DNA of 42,613 bases from Octopus sinensis (taxonomy: Eukaryota): assembly GCF_006345805.1 (NCBI RefSeq), contig NW_021835044.1, forward strand, positions 1 to 42,613, in the 5' to 3' direction. Each line of letters begins with the position of its first letter. Within the stretch, counting starts at the first letter, position 1. Shown piece by piece: positions 1 through 42,613 of the stretch. The position numbers and the translations under genes were made by a program. The notes under the pieces were generated by a model. The model did no database searches, was not told where the DNA came from, and saw only the letters and a list, made by a program, of their open reading frames with translations.

Positions 1-98
1 AATTAAGAATGGAACCTGTTCTCAGTCATTCACACAAATAATATATCTCAGGTGAAAGTAAAATTTATAGAAATCAATTATAGTTATTTTATACTCAC

Positions 99-32007
<31,909 letters not shown>

Positions 32008-32259
32008 GTCTTTTGAATGAAAAGGAAAGTAAAATAGTTTTTAAAAACTTATAAAATGAGGTAAAGAGCAATTTAAAGAAGACTGTGTTTCTCAAATCTC
32101 CCATGAAATGACATGAATATTAAAAACTTCAGCTTATCTCAAGAATTATTTATAGCTGAATGTTCTTCTTGACACTAATAAACCTAACAACAGTCATTGT
32201 GTTGCATCTTCTGGTTTGCTACATTGCTCTGCTGATCACAGTCTCATTGGTCACACATG

Positions 32260-32300
<41 letters not shown>

Positions 32301-32631
32301 AAGCACACACGCGCGCGCGCGCATATGCACACACACACACAGCGTCACACACACTCACACACAAGCGTGTGTGTGTTTACATTTGCTGTCTCTGACAATT
32401 TCTTAGCTTTCGGCGATTAGATTGTTATCATTTCTCCTGTTGACGAATAGACCATTGGAATAAGAGATCCCCTACTTGAGCAACAGGTAAGGGTTAAGGA
32501 CATGAAGGGGGTCCAGAAATAAAAAAAGGCACCAAATGTATATTCATCTAACCCATGCTAGCATGGAAAACAGACGTAAAAATGGCTACCATACATGCAT
32601 ATACATAAATATGTACATTTATGTATATGTA

Positions 32632-32673
<42 letters not shown>

Positions 32674-32694
32674 TGTGTGCGTGCGTGTGTGTGT

Positions 32695-32960
32695 AAAGGC
32701 TTGTGGCCTAGTGGTTAGGGTCTTGCACTCACAGTGGCTAGATTGTGGGTTCAATTCCCATACTGAGCAGTACCTTGTATTCTTGAGCAAAACGCCTCAT
32801 TTCACTTTGCTGCAGTCCACTCAGCTGTAAATGGATCACCCTCCAAGAGACTTGTGTTATGATTAGGGGGGAGGAACACTCACTGGCCTGCTTGAAAGAT
32901 GAAATGGTGCAAAGCACATTGTGACCAGGGATGTGTAACAGCATTTGATAGTCTGGTCAA
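32695..32960 (+). mobile_element. CORE-type SINE; a more decayed copy at ~2990-3135
   Basis: tggcctagtggttagg and gggttcaattccc boxes followed by cttgagcaaaac...cagtccactcagctgtaaatg. Confidence 0.62.
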
Positions 32961-33530
32961 CACACACGTCTATATACACCCGTATCTGCACACATCCACA
33001 CGCGCGTACAAAAGATTCCATATACACATCTATATACGCACAGGGAAAATGCAGGGTGGAAGGTAGAATAGAGAGAAAAAATATATGTAAAAAATATATG
33101 AGCAATAAACCTATAAAACAATATCTCTATAAATATGTAAAAAATATAGATATATAAAAAATATAAAGAAATATAAGTAAAAAGTATAGAGAGATAAAAA
33201 GCTTTATGTGGACACGCGTGCATGCGAGTATGTGCATATATAGATGTTTTAGTCGTCTTTTTTACACATTTTCCTGTATTTTGCCTTTAGCTGTTTTTTT
33301 CTTGTGCATGTGCATATATAGATGTGTGTATGAACCTTTTTTTGTGCGTGTGTATGTGTGTGTGTGTGCGCGTGCGTATATAGACAAGCGGGTATGCGCG
33401 TATAGAGACGTGTTTTATTACTTATTTTTTTATATGCATGTTGCCTCTAACCCTGTTTTTACTTGTGCATGTGCGTATATAGACATGTGTATGAACATTT
33501 TTTGTGCACGTGTATGCGGTGGGTGTATAT

Positions 33531-33765
33531 GCGGTGAGCTGGCAGAACCGTTAGCACGCAGGGCGAAATGCGTAGCCGTATTTCGTTTGCCGCTATGTTT
33601 TGTGTTCAAATTCCAACGAGGTCGACTTTGCCTTTCATCCTTTCGGGGGTCGATAAATTAAGTACCAGTTACGCACTGGGGTCGATGTAATTGACTTAAT
33701 CCGTTTGTCTGTCCTTGTTTGTCCTCTCTGTGTTTAGCTCCTTGTGAGTAGTAAAGAAGTATGTA
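33531..33765 (+). mobile_element. tRNA-derived SINE (abundant octopus-type family); fragments also at ~13960-14125, ~23240-23370 and ~28690-28825 (minus)
   Basis: gcggtgagctggcagaa A-box-like head, gttcaaattcc B-box-like motif and gtcgactttgcctttcatcctttcggggtcgataaattaagtaccag body. Family recognised from memory. Confidence 0.75.
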
Positions 33766-33769
33766 TATC

Positions 33770-34084
33770 ATCATCCTCATCATCATCATCATCATTTAGC
33801 GTCCGCTTTCCATGCTAGTATGCGTTGGACGATTTTGACTGAGGACTGGCGAACCAGATGACCGCACCAGGCTCCAATCTTGATCTGGCAGAGTTTCTAC
33901 AGCTGGATGCCCTTCCTAACGCCAACCACTCCGAGAGTGTAGTGGGTGCTTTTCATGTGCCACCGGCACAGGGGCCAGTCAGGCAGTACTGGCAATGACC
34001 TCGCTCGAATCTTTTTACACATGCCACCAGCACAGGTGCCAGTAAGGCGACGTTGGTAACGATCACGCTCGAATGGTGGCCTTT

Positions 34085-34085
<1 letters not shown>
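33770..34085 (+). mobile_element. (CAT)n-headed SINE-like repeat, longest copy; others at ~6915-7175(-), ~9378-9520, ~16877-17043, ~21310-21490, ~28513-28665, ~29530-29740(-), ~37580-37805
   Basis: Shared catcatcat-tttaacgtccgctttccatgc...gcccttcctaacgccaaccac...gtagtgggtgc in eight places. Confidence 0.85.
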
Positions 34086-34131
<46 letters not shown>

Positions 34132-34226
34132 GACAAGAAATACTTTTTGTCTCCTTTTTATGGAAACAAAGGGTTTGTAGGACTGTTAAAAAGGAGTGCT
34201 CAAATGTAATTGAGACAGAAATAAAG

Positions 34227-35012
34227 AAACATTGATCATAAAACAAACATCAAATTCGAGTCAACGACTTTATATATAACACCGTATATCCAAACATTTC
34301 ATCATATACAAATATTACTATGGCTCTTAAACATATAGAGTATACATATATAAAAAAACCCATATAAAATATACAAATATAAAAAACATCAAAGGTAAAA
34401 AATATAGATGTGAATAAAATTGCAGGTATATAGAACGGCCTATCAAGAAGGTATATACAATCAAATAAAATTCTAAAGCGTGTCATGCTACAAAAAATCC
34501 AAATAAAATAAAAGAAAATATCAATCAACTAAAGAGAAATTTACTTACTCCCCTCAAATGAAAGAGTACATCAAAAAAGTTCGTTTCATAAAACCCATGG
34601 TAGGTTAGAGTCCAGGATCAAAAAGAGTTCCACAAAATCAAGTCAAACACACCTATGGCCATTTCAGGAGTTCATTGCCGCAGTTCAATTAAGAGTTAAA
34701 GCGCATCTTGGCAATGACCCCCACACACACACACACACACACATCAGGATGAACAGGAAACTCAAAAAATTCTTTTTTTAGTCCATTGATATTTTATTTG
34801 ATTTTATTTGGATTTTTAGCAGCACGACACGCTTTAGAATTTTTAGCCAATTGTATATAACTTCTTGATAGACTGTCCTATATATCAGTGTTTTTATATG
34901 TGTATACTTTATATGTTTAAGAGCCATGGTAATATTTATATATGATGAAATGTTACGGTGTATATATAAAGTCACTGACTCGAATTTGATGTTTGTTCTA
35001 TGATCAATGTTT
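34227..35012. mobile_element. MITE-like element with ~135-bp terminal inverted repeats
   Basis: aaacattgatcata...catcaaattcgagtc...ggctcttaaacata is inverted at 34880-35012. Confidence 0.7.
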
Positions 35013-35044
<32 letters not shown>

Positions 35045-35092
35045 ATATATATATTATATATATATATAATATATATATATTGTATGTATATG

Positions 35093-35123
<31 letters not shown>

Positions 35124-35140
35124 ATATGTATATATATTAT

Positions 35141-35207
<67 letters not shown>

Positions 35208-35338
35208 ATCCAAACATGAAAACACAACAATGCGAGGACGTGGAACAAGTATAGTATTATTGGATGCTCATATATATATATATATGTATCTATTATCTAT
35301 CTATCTATATATATATATGTATAATATATATATATATA

Positions 35339-35394
<56 letters not shown>

Positions 35395-35533
35395 TTAGGG
35401 AGTAAATCCAAACTTACAGGGAAAAATTAGGTTTAGGATTGAATCTAATTTTATAGTATAAATATATATATTAAATTAGAGATAAAATTATGATTTTCAC
35501 TGTTTAATTTGCCTAATAGTGGTTTTATCTCTA

Positions 35534-35604
<71 letters not shown>

Positions 35605-35739
35605 ATAGTTATATATATATAAAATGTATACACATATGCCCAGGAAAAACCACTACAGATTTTCTTCCAGAGTTTTCTTGCGAATGGCAAGCTGCCAAGC
35701 AAACTTTAGAAAGGAATAATATGCCCAATCCATGAAGGA

Positions 35740-37030
35740 GGAAGCAGAGTAGGTGCCACAACTTATAGGTCTATGTCTCTGACTTCACACACAGGGAAAG
35801 TCATTCCTGGAAGAAAGTGACTTGCTGAGTGATAGCATGGTTTTCGAACAGGTAGGATATACCTGACACAGCTCCTATAGCACTATAAATGGGTGTTGAA
35901 ACTGTTAAGTAACAACTCAAATGTGGACGTAATATACCTTGACTTTGCAAAAGCTTTTGATAAAGTTAATCATGATATGATATGCCACAAACTACGCGAT
36001 CTTGGCAAAGCAGGAAAACTTGGAGAATGATCACATGACTCAACGGAACCGCAAATAGTGAGTGGTGTTCCACAGAGCACTGTCTTAGGCCCACTGATTT
36101 TCATAGCGGCCCTCTCAGATATGCTCTCCGCTGCCCTGATACGTTTGCTAGCTGTGGAGACGACACAAAAGTTTTGCAGAAAATGCAAAACCCTAGAGAT
36201 GTTGCATGCCTGCAGCAGTAGCTGGATGCAATTTACAGATGTGCTGAGGACAATAATATGCAGTTTAATGCTGGAAAATTTCAAGCCCTGCACTACCAGC
36301 ACCCAAATTTGAACGGAAAACATACAGGGTATACTGGCCTAGAGGGAGATTACAATCTCGTGTGTGATCTGGATATCGACATAATTGATGATATTGATGA
36401 TACCACTTTCCAAATGCACTTTAACAAGATGACAACGAAGAACCAGAGAGAAAGAAACCATGATGGTCTGCTGGAGGACATTCATCCTCAGCTGTCTGGA
36501 CTACTGCTCCTAACAATGGTCACCCCACAGTGTAAAATTAACAGTGGACCTTGAAGCAATCCAGTGAAGCTACACAAAGAAGATCATCTCATTTCAACAG
36601 CTCAACAACTGGGGAAGGCTGAAACAGGTAAGACTGTATTCCCTAGAATGAAGATGGGGGAGATATGCAGTAATATACATCTGGAAGATCCTGGAAGGGA
36701 TTGTACCAAATTTTGGATTTGAAAGCTACACAAATGCCAGAACGGGTCACCACTACACAGTGCCAAAGATCCCAACACTTCCATCACATTTCAGGACCAT
36801 TTACTGCAACAGCCTGGGTTTCAAGTGCCTACAGCTTTTTGATATTCTCCCAAAGAGCGTGAGGGATCTACACAAAGTGGATGTAGGTGTTTTCAAAAGA
36901 AAACTGAACTTCTTCCAGTTGAGAATCCCGGATGAACCTACCTTGCAGCAGGAGGTGCAAATGAGGGCAATGATATCAAACTCCCTTATTGACCAAATAC
37001 CACATATCAGAGGAGGTTCTCAATAATAAC
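35740..37030 (+). mobile_element. Decayed CR1-like LINE (RT and 3' region)
   Basis: DVIYLDFAKAFDKVNHD, SGVPQSTVLGPLIFI, MQFNAGKFQALHY and NSLGFKCLQLFDILP. Confidence 0.85.
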
Positions 37031-37105
37031 AGTGTGGCCCAGCATGGCCACAGCTTTGAGTAGTAAAGGATAAAATATTATATATATATATATATATATA
37101 TAGAT

Positions 37106-37150
<45 letters not shown>

Positions 37151-37182
37151 CAAGATTTAAGACAAGAAAATTTTTTCTTTAC

Positions 37183-37330
37183 CTTGAATCAGTTGAATCA
37201 GAAGTTTTCAGTTGGATAAGTTTGAGTTTTAAGGTTTTCACCTGAGTAAGTTTGTTTCGAGGTTTTCAGTTGGAGATATCGAACCTCAAGTTCTCTTGCA
37301 TGAATTTAAAATTGATTTTAAATTCCTAGT
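37183..37330 (-). other. Candidate 5' UTR exon of the ANK-RING gene
   Basis: AAG|GTAAAG donor at 37183/37182; unique sequence between LINE remnants; spliced to 32009 it puts an in-frame TGA upstream of the ATG; three ~29-nt imperfect repeats (37204-37285). No transcript support. Confidence 0.3.
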
Positions 37331-37805
37331 TTTATAGTTGTAATAAGCAGGAGGTACGTTGTCTCACTCAATAAGGCTATTCATTGTGTTTTTCGTGGAA
37401 TTTTATTTATCTATACATTCTATCTTCTTATATTACATTCACTCAATATCAAGCCACTCCTTAACTGACCTGAATTTCTGTAACCTTGAATGTTGTTTAC
37501 AATTTATCCTTTCAAAGTGTAATTCAATTCATTTAGTATGACGTAAGCTTTCCACAACTTTTTGAAAAACTCTGTGCGTATCATCATCATCATCATCATC
37601 ATTTAGCGTCCGCTTTCCATGCTAGCATGGGTTGGACGGTTCAACTGGGGTCTGGGAGGCCAGAAGGCTGCACCAGGCCCAGTCTGATCTGGCAATGTTT
37701 CTACGGCTGGATGACCTTCCTAACGCCAACCACTCCGTGAGTGTAGTGGGTGCTTTTTATGTGCCATCGGCACGGGGGTCAGGCGAGGCTGGCAACGGCC
37801 ACGAT

Positions 37806-38660
37806 GCATGTTTTTAATCTGACCAGAGTGAAATTCAAAACAAAGGTTTTTACTTCACTCATTAGGGAACTTTTATTTGCTGACAATTGCGATGTTGTCA
37901 GTCATTCTGAAACAGGTCTGCAATCTCTTTTGACTTGGCTTGTGATGAATTTCACTTGACCATCAACTTGAAAAAAACAGTTGTAATGCATTAACCTGTG
38001 TGTGTGATGCTGTTTGTAACCCCACTAAAATTTTTGTTAAGGGTAAGTTGTCGATCCATTCATCTACCTTGGAAGCTCTGTTCAAAATGATGGAAATCTC
38101 CATACACAAATACAGCCACGAATTCAAAGGGCAGCAAAAGCATTTGGTGGCTTGGAGTCACGTGTTTGGTGCCAGTGACATATAAATAAGAATACAAATC
38201 TGGCTCTTTACAAATCATTTGTCTTACCATCCCTGTTGTATTCCTGTGAAACTTGGACTTGTTATGAAAGGCATAATAAATTTTTAGAAGAATTCCACCA
38301 AAAATGCCTTCGTCACATTTAAAAAATTAAATGGAGTTCTTTTAATCCAAACACAAATGTCCTTGCATCTACAGGCATCACCTCAATTAAAACTGTGATT
38401 TTGAGGAACCAAATGAGATGGTGTGGCCATATTGTACGAATGGGAGATGAACATATGCCAAAACAGCTGTTTTATGGTGAGCTTGCAGAGGGGAAACGCT
38501 ATTGGCGTAAACCTAAAAAAAGGTTTAAGGACAGCATAAGGACTACTATGAAGTCACTTGGAATGGATCCAGAAGACACAAAAAACCTTTGCTTCAGATT
38601 GAGTTGGATGGCGAACAAAAGTGTGGAGTGGAGTGAAAGCATTTGAAGAGGCCAGGATAA
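37806..38660 (+). mobile_element. Decayed RTE/BovB-like LINE 3' RT region
   Basis: IRELLFADNC, LYSCETWT and QMRWCGHIVRM...PKQLFYGELAEGKR...PKKRFKD. Confidence 0.85.
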
Positions 38661-38799
38661 CGCAAGTAAGACTCTGGTGTGGTATTCTTGGGTCATTCTA
38701 TCTTTATTTACAGTGCCTTCATACGATACATTTTTGTATATGCCTAGGTAGTTGTAACATTCTTTGTGCGGAATGGGGGAGACAGAGAGACTGTGGATG

Positions 38800-40620
38800 C
38801 ACAGGTTTTACACTTGGGGGACTGACTTTCCTCGTTCTATAACCAAATATGAACATTTCTTTTGGCCAAGTTTTATGTCATGCTTTTTTTTTTTGGCTTT
38901 GTTAACACTTTCAGCATAAATCTTCAGGTCGTCTACAAAGACATTATGAGTTACATTAATATTTCTAGCAGTTGAAGATCCTAGCATGTAACCAATTGTT
39001 TTCTGCCATAGGATCGATAATGGATTCAGTGCCAAAATGAAAAGAAGTACAGAAAGACTATCTCCCTGGAATATTCCCTTTGAAATACCTATACTATGAG
39101 AAACAATTATTCTGGTCTCATTTGTAAGGGTAAGAATTATTTTTCCATATCTTTCTGAGTCTCTCTGTAGCAGCAATTAAGGTAGTAGGTACTTTTGCCA
39201 GATGTAGGCACTTCACCAGCCATGAATGAGAGATAGAGTCGAATGCCTTCTTATAGATAAGCCATACTGTCACAAGGTTTCTGCATTGTTTTCATACTTC
39301 AGACACTACAGCTTTGTTTATTAAAAGTTTTTCAGTATATCCGACACTCCCTTCTTTCACCAGCCTGCTCATCAGTCACAATGTTGTTCGACTCACAACG
39401 GTCCTGGGGGAATTGGTTGAGGCAACTTGTGTAAAGTCTGTACATAATGTTTAGGCAAGCAATGAGCTTGTAGTTTCCTGCTATCTCGATGATTTCGTTT
39501 TTGGTAACAAGATTTTGCCCATGCTGTGGCAAGCCAATTTGATATATCAGTCTGACCTTCCATAGTCCTTTTGAACATATATCAATTGGTTTCTATAAAA
39601 TGTCAGCTTCTTGTACCAATATCTAACTATTAGATCCTTTCCAGGTACTTTCCCATTTTGCAGCTTGCCTACTGCTGTAGCAAAGGCTTCTGCATCAATT
39701 TTCATATGTTTTACTGTTAGTGTTGGTACAGTATTCTCTCTCAGTTGTATTTAACCATGATGCATTGAGGTTGAAATCCCTCTTTTCATTCTAAATTTTT
39801 CACCAGAATGATTGTAGAGCTTCTCGGGAGGGAACTTTCGTAATGGTAATGTTTTCCTTCCTTGTCTCTCTCTATAATGCTTGTGGGCTAGAAGCCAACT
39901 TGTGATTGATATTGGCTTGTTCAAAAATTTGCACGCGATAGCAAAGTTTCTCGCTCGTCGTCCTGAGTTCATGTTTTAAAGTTTTTTGAGAAGCTTAATT
40001 TCTGAAGATTGGTATTTAGGCAGTGTGTTACATATCCACAGGGCCCCAATAATTACAGGTATAAGCCTGAACTTGTAATCTGGATAGATTAACTGCAGAT
40101 TTCTCAATAGTTCAATGTAGGTATTCTCTTTTTCACTCATCTTCAGATTTATGTTAACATCTGTTGGGCAGCTAATTTGCACATCTGTACACAGTTTCTC
40201 TTCTCTATCCCAAATCATCATATCAAGTCTGTTGTGCTTACATTTTATTCAGGTCTTCACTGGGACATTCCACTAGTGCTCCTTTTTATTATGAATGGCT
40301 ATGGCTTCTACCATACTGTGGGTTCTTATTTCTTTGTCCGCAGGGTTATTCTTCTGACAGATTTCATTATAGAGTGTCCTTGCTACAACATCATTGGTAG
40401 AGAACCGTGATGACATTTTCGGACAATGACGTGTGATGTGGCTGACATCGTCAGTGTTAATTCCACAAAGTAGATGTCGGTTGCCATATTTTACTGCTTC
40501 TCCTGCATCTCTACCCCTGCAGTACATCAGGTATTTGGTTGATATTTCTTGTTCTTGGATTGCGAGGTAGTTATCAATGATCAATGTTACTATCATCTCG
40601 GAGCTTTCTACTAACATACT
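38800..40620 (-). mobile_element. Decayed R4/Dong-like (restriction-like endonuclease) non-LTR retrotransposon pieces
   Basis: RT remnant KGIFQGDSLSVLLFILALNPLS...VFVDDLKIY; post-[15 protein letters not shown]; zinc-knuckle remnant SHITRHC; RLE HNRLDMMIWD...ISCP...IPVIIGAL. Confidence 0.8.
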
Positions 40621-40928
40621 ATATATGTATGTGTGTAGTGTGTATGTATGTATGTGTGTATGTATGTATGTGCGTACATACGTACGTATGTATGTATATA
40701 TATATATGTATGTGTGTATATATATATAAATATATATATATGTATGTGTGTGTATATATATATATGTATATATATGTATGATATATATATATATATATAT
40801 GTATGTATATATATATATGTATGTATGTATGTATAATATATATGTATGTATGTATGTATATATATATAATATATATATATAATATATATATAATATATAT
40901 ATATATATAATATATATATATATATATA

Positions 40929-41377
40929 GACGTATATTTGCCATCTCAATATGGCTACCCCTAAGGGTGGATGCTACTGTAGTTTTTAGCCCCAGAGGAC
41001 ACACTCCTCCAGCTGGCCATAGACACACTTTCTGTGTCCTGTCAGTATTTGCAAAGGGAAGTCATCCTTCCCGTCTTCAACTTATGATACACACGGACTC
41101 GAGTTTCGAGGTATTGACCTCTCGTCAGCGTGTGACAATCACAGTTGTCGGCGAGAATTAGATTTCCTTCACAAATACTTATACTTTTTCCAGCGTCCAC
41201 TGTCGCTGATATTGAAAAAGTGAAATCAAACAATGATAAATATCAAAGTGAGTTATATACAGTAGCGGTAACACATCGTGACGTATATTTGCCATCTCAA
41301 TATGGCTACCCCTAAGGGTGGATGCTACTGTAGTTTTTAGCCCCAGGAGGACACACTCCTCCAGCTGGCCATAGACA
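40929..41377 (-). mobile_element. Non-LTR retrozyme-like element, 351-bp unit x ~1.3 in tandem, flanked by (TA)n
   Basis: gacgtatatttgccatctc recurs at 40929 and 41280; carries a hammerhead; no coding capacity. Confidence 0.82.
41090..41134 (-). ncRNA. Minimal type I hammerhead ribozyme (identical to 16426-16470)
   Basis: Same 45-nt sequence and fold. Confidence 0.92.
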
Positions 41378-41453
41378 TATATATATATATGTATGTATGT
41401 ATATATATATATATATATATGTATGTATATATATATATATGTATGTATGTATG

Positions 41454-41510
<57 letters not shown>

Positions 41511-41517
<7 letters not shown>

Positions 41518-41710
41518 AACTTATAAACAAGGGCAAAAGAAAAAATTCCAATGCCAAATATGCTGAAGTATAGACTTAATCATCAATAACCATATAATTT
41601 ATCATTTATAATAATAGTGATAAATTATATGGTTATTGACGATTAAATCTATATTTCGGCATATATGGCATGGAATTTATCCTTTTGACCTTGTTTATAA
41701 GTTGTTTATA
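41511..41710. repeat. ~200-bp near-perfect palindrome (foldback/MITE) in (TA)n
   Basis: tataaacaacttataaacaagg...tttatcatt pairs with agtgataaa...ccttgtttataagttgtttata. Confidence 0.85.
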
Positions 41711-41796
41711 AAATTTAACCTTTAAAGGTATTTTTTTATTATGCTGGCCATTGATATAATTTTTTCGAAAATTTTTATCCTATATTAGATATATAT

Positions 41797-41843
<47 letters not shown>

Positions 41844-42109
41844 TTATATACATATATATATACATATATATATACATACATATATATCGGGTCATCCCAT
41901 AAATAATGGAGTTTTTTTATACTTCTTTTATTTTCCAAAATTAAGATAAGCAAAGTTCTATTTTAATCTAAAATATACCCTCCTTCATTTTCTACAATGC
42001 TCTTCCATCTAACAGTGGTCCTCCCTTAACACTTACGTAGCCTTACCTGCCATTTAAGTCTTCTGAATACCTCTCAAATTGTGTGTGTGTGTGCGTGCGT
42101 GCGCATGTG

Positions 42110-42143
<34 letters not shown>

Positions 42144-42613
42144 GAAAGTATGTATATAGAGATAGATTACACTGGTGGATTTGTGGAACGGGTAAATTGC
42201 TGCTCAAGGTGACTCTTTCAATGTAGATGGGTAAGTTATTTTTTATTAAATGTAACTAATCGGTGAGCCTTTTAACATCACCTCGTGGATACGAGCTGGA
42301 TGACCATATATTATTTTGTCCATGGCCACATTGGTGCCTCCGAGTAATCCATTTGGTACTTGTGAGACAGCTGGAAGCATCTGAGCAGATACACAAGGCT
42401 TTTGCACCCTCTCTTCTAATGACCCATCCCTATATTGCCCCTGTGCTTATTTAGTAGACCATTCCAATCACGTCCTTGCTTTAAGGTGTGGGACATTTTA
42501 AAGAAGGCTTCCAGATGTCTGAAAAACTCTGACTACCCCACCTATTCTGAAGTATAAAGGAATGGTCTCTTGGACGAATGGCTTACGCCACTGGTCATAT
42601 CCGGCACCCCCAA

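Noticed and set aside
41886-42040. Possible Tc1/mariner terminal fragment (TA-CGGGTCATCCCATAAATAATG)
   Set aside because: No partner TIR or transposase remnant in the window.
42170-42240. Strong plus-strand donor ATGG|GTAAGT suggesting a neighbouring gene exon
   Set aside because: All three frames upstream contain stops and there is no clear acceptor.

Overview
AT-rich, microsatellite-dense eukaryotic DNA. The SINE families and (TA)n load look like Octopus or another cephalopod; this is inference. Almost the whole window is one minus-strand multi-exon gene that I assembled by hand from splice sites and reading-frame phase. It starts at ATG 32007, encodes about 15 ankyrin repeats and a C3HC4 RING (a Mind bomb-like ANK-RING E3 ligase with no visible MZM/REP N-terminus), and then enters a tandem array of at least nine phase-1/phase-1 micro-exons that runs off the left edge. 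The visible part is about 798 codons. The gene shows three nested, frame-preserving modes of diversification. (1) The 166-bp micro-exon array has nearly identical introns but exons about 5-6x more divergent, mostly non-synonymously. (2) An intragenic duplication of a two-exon ANK cassette leaves both copies splice-phase interchangeable. (3) 102-nt ANK units differ in number and in binding-surface residues between the two cassettes. The introns and upstream region hold a 351-bp non-LTR retrozyme-like element with a canonical type I hammerhead ribozyme (two loci, same strand as the gene), two further hammerhead-like motifs with long stem II, a deleted mariner, a Helitron-like element, foldback/MITE elements, and decayed RTE, CR1-like and R4-like LINEs and SINEs. 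All counts are by hand; no database searches were run.
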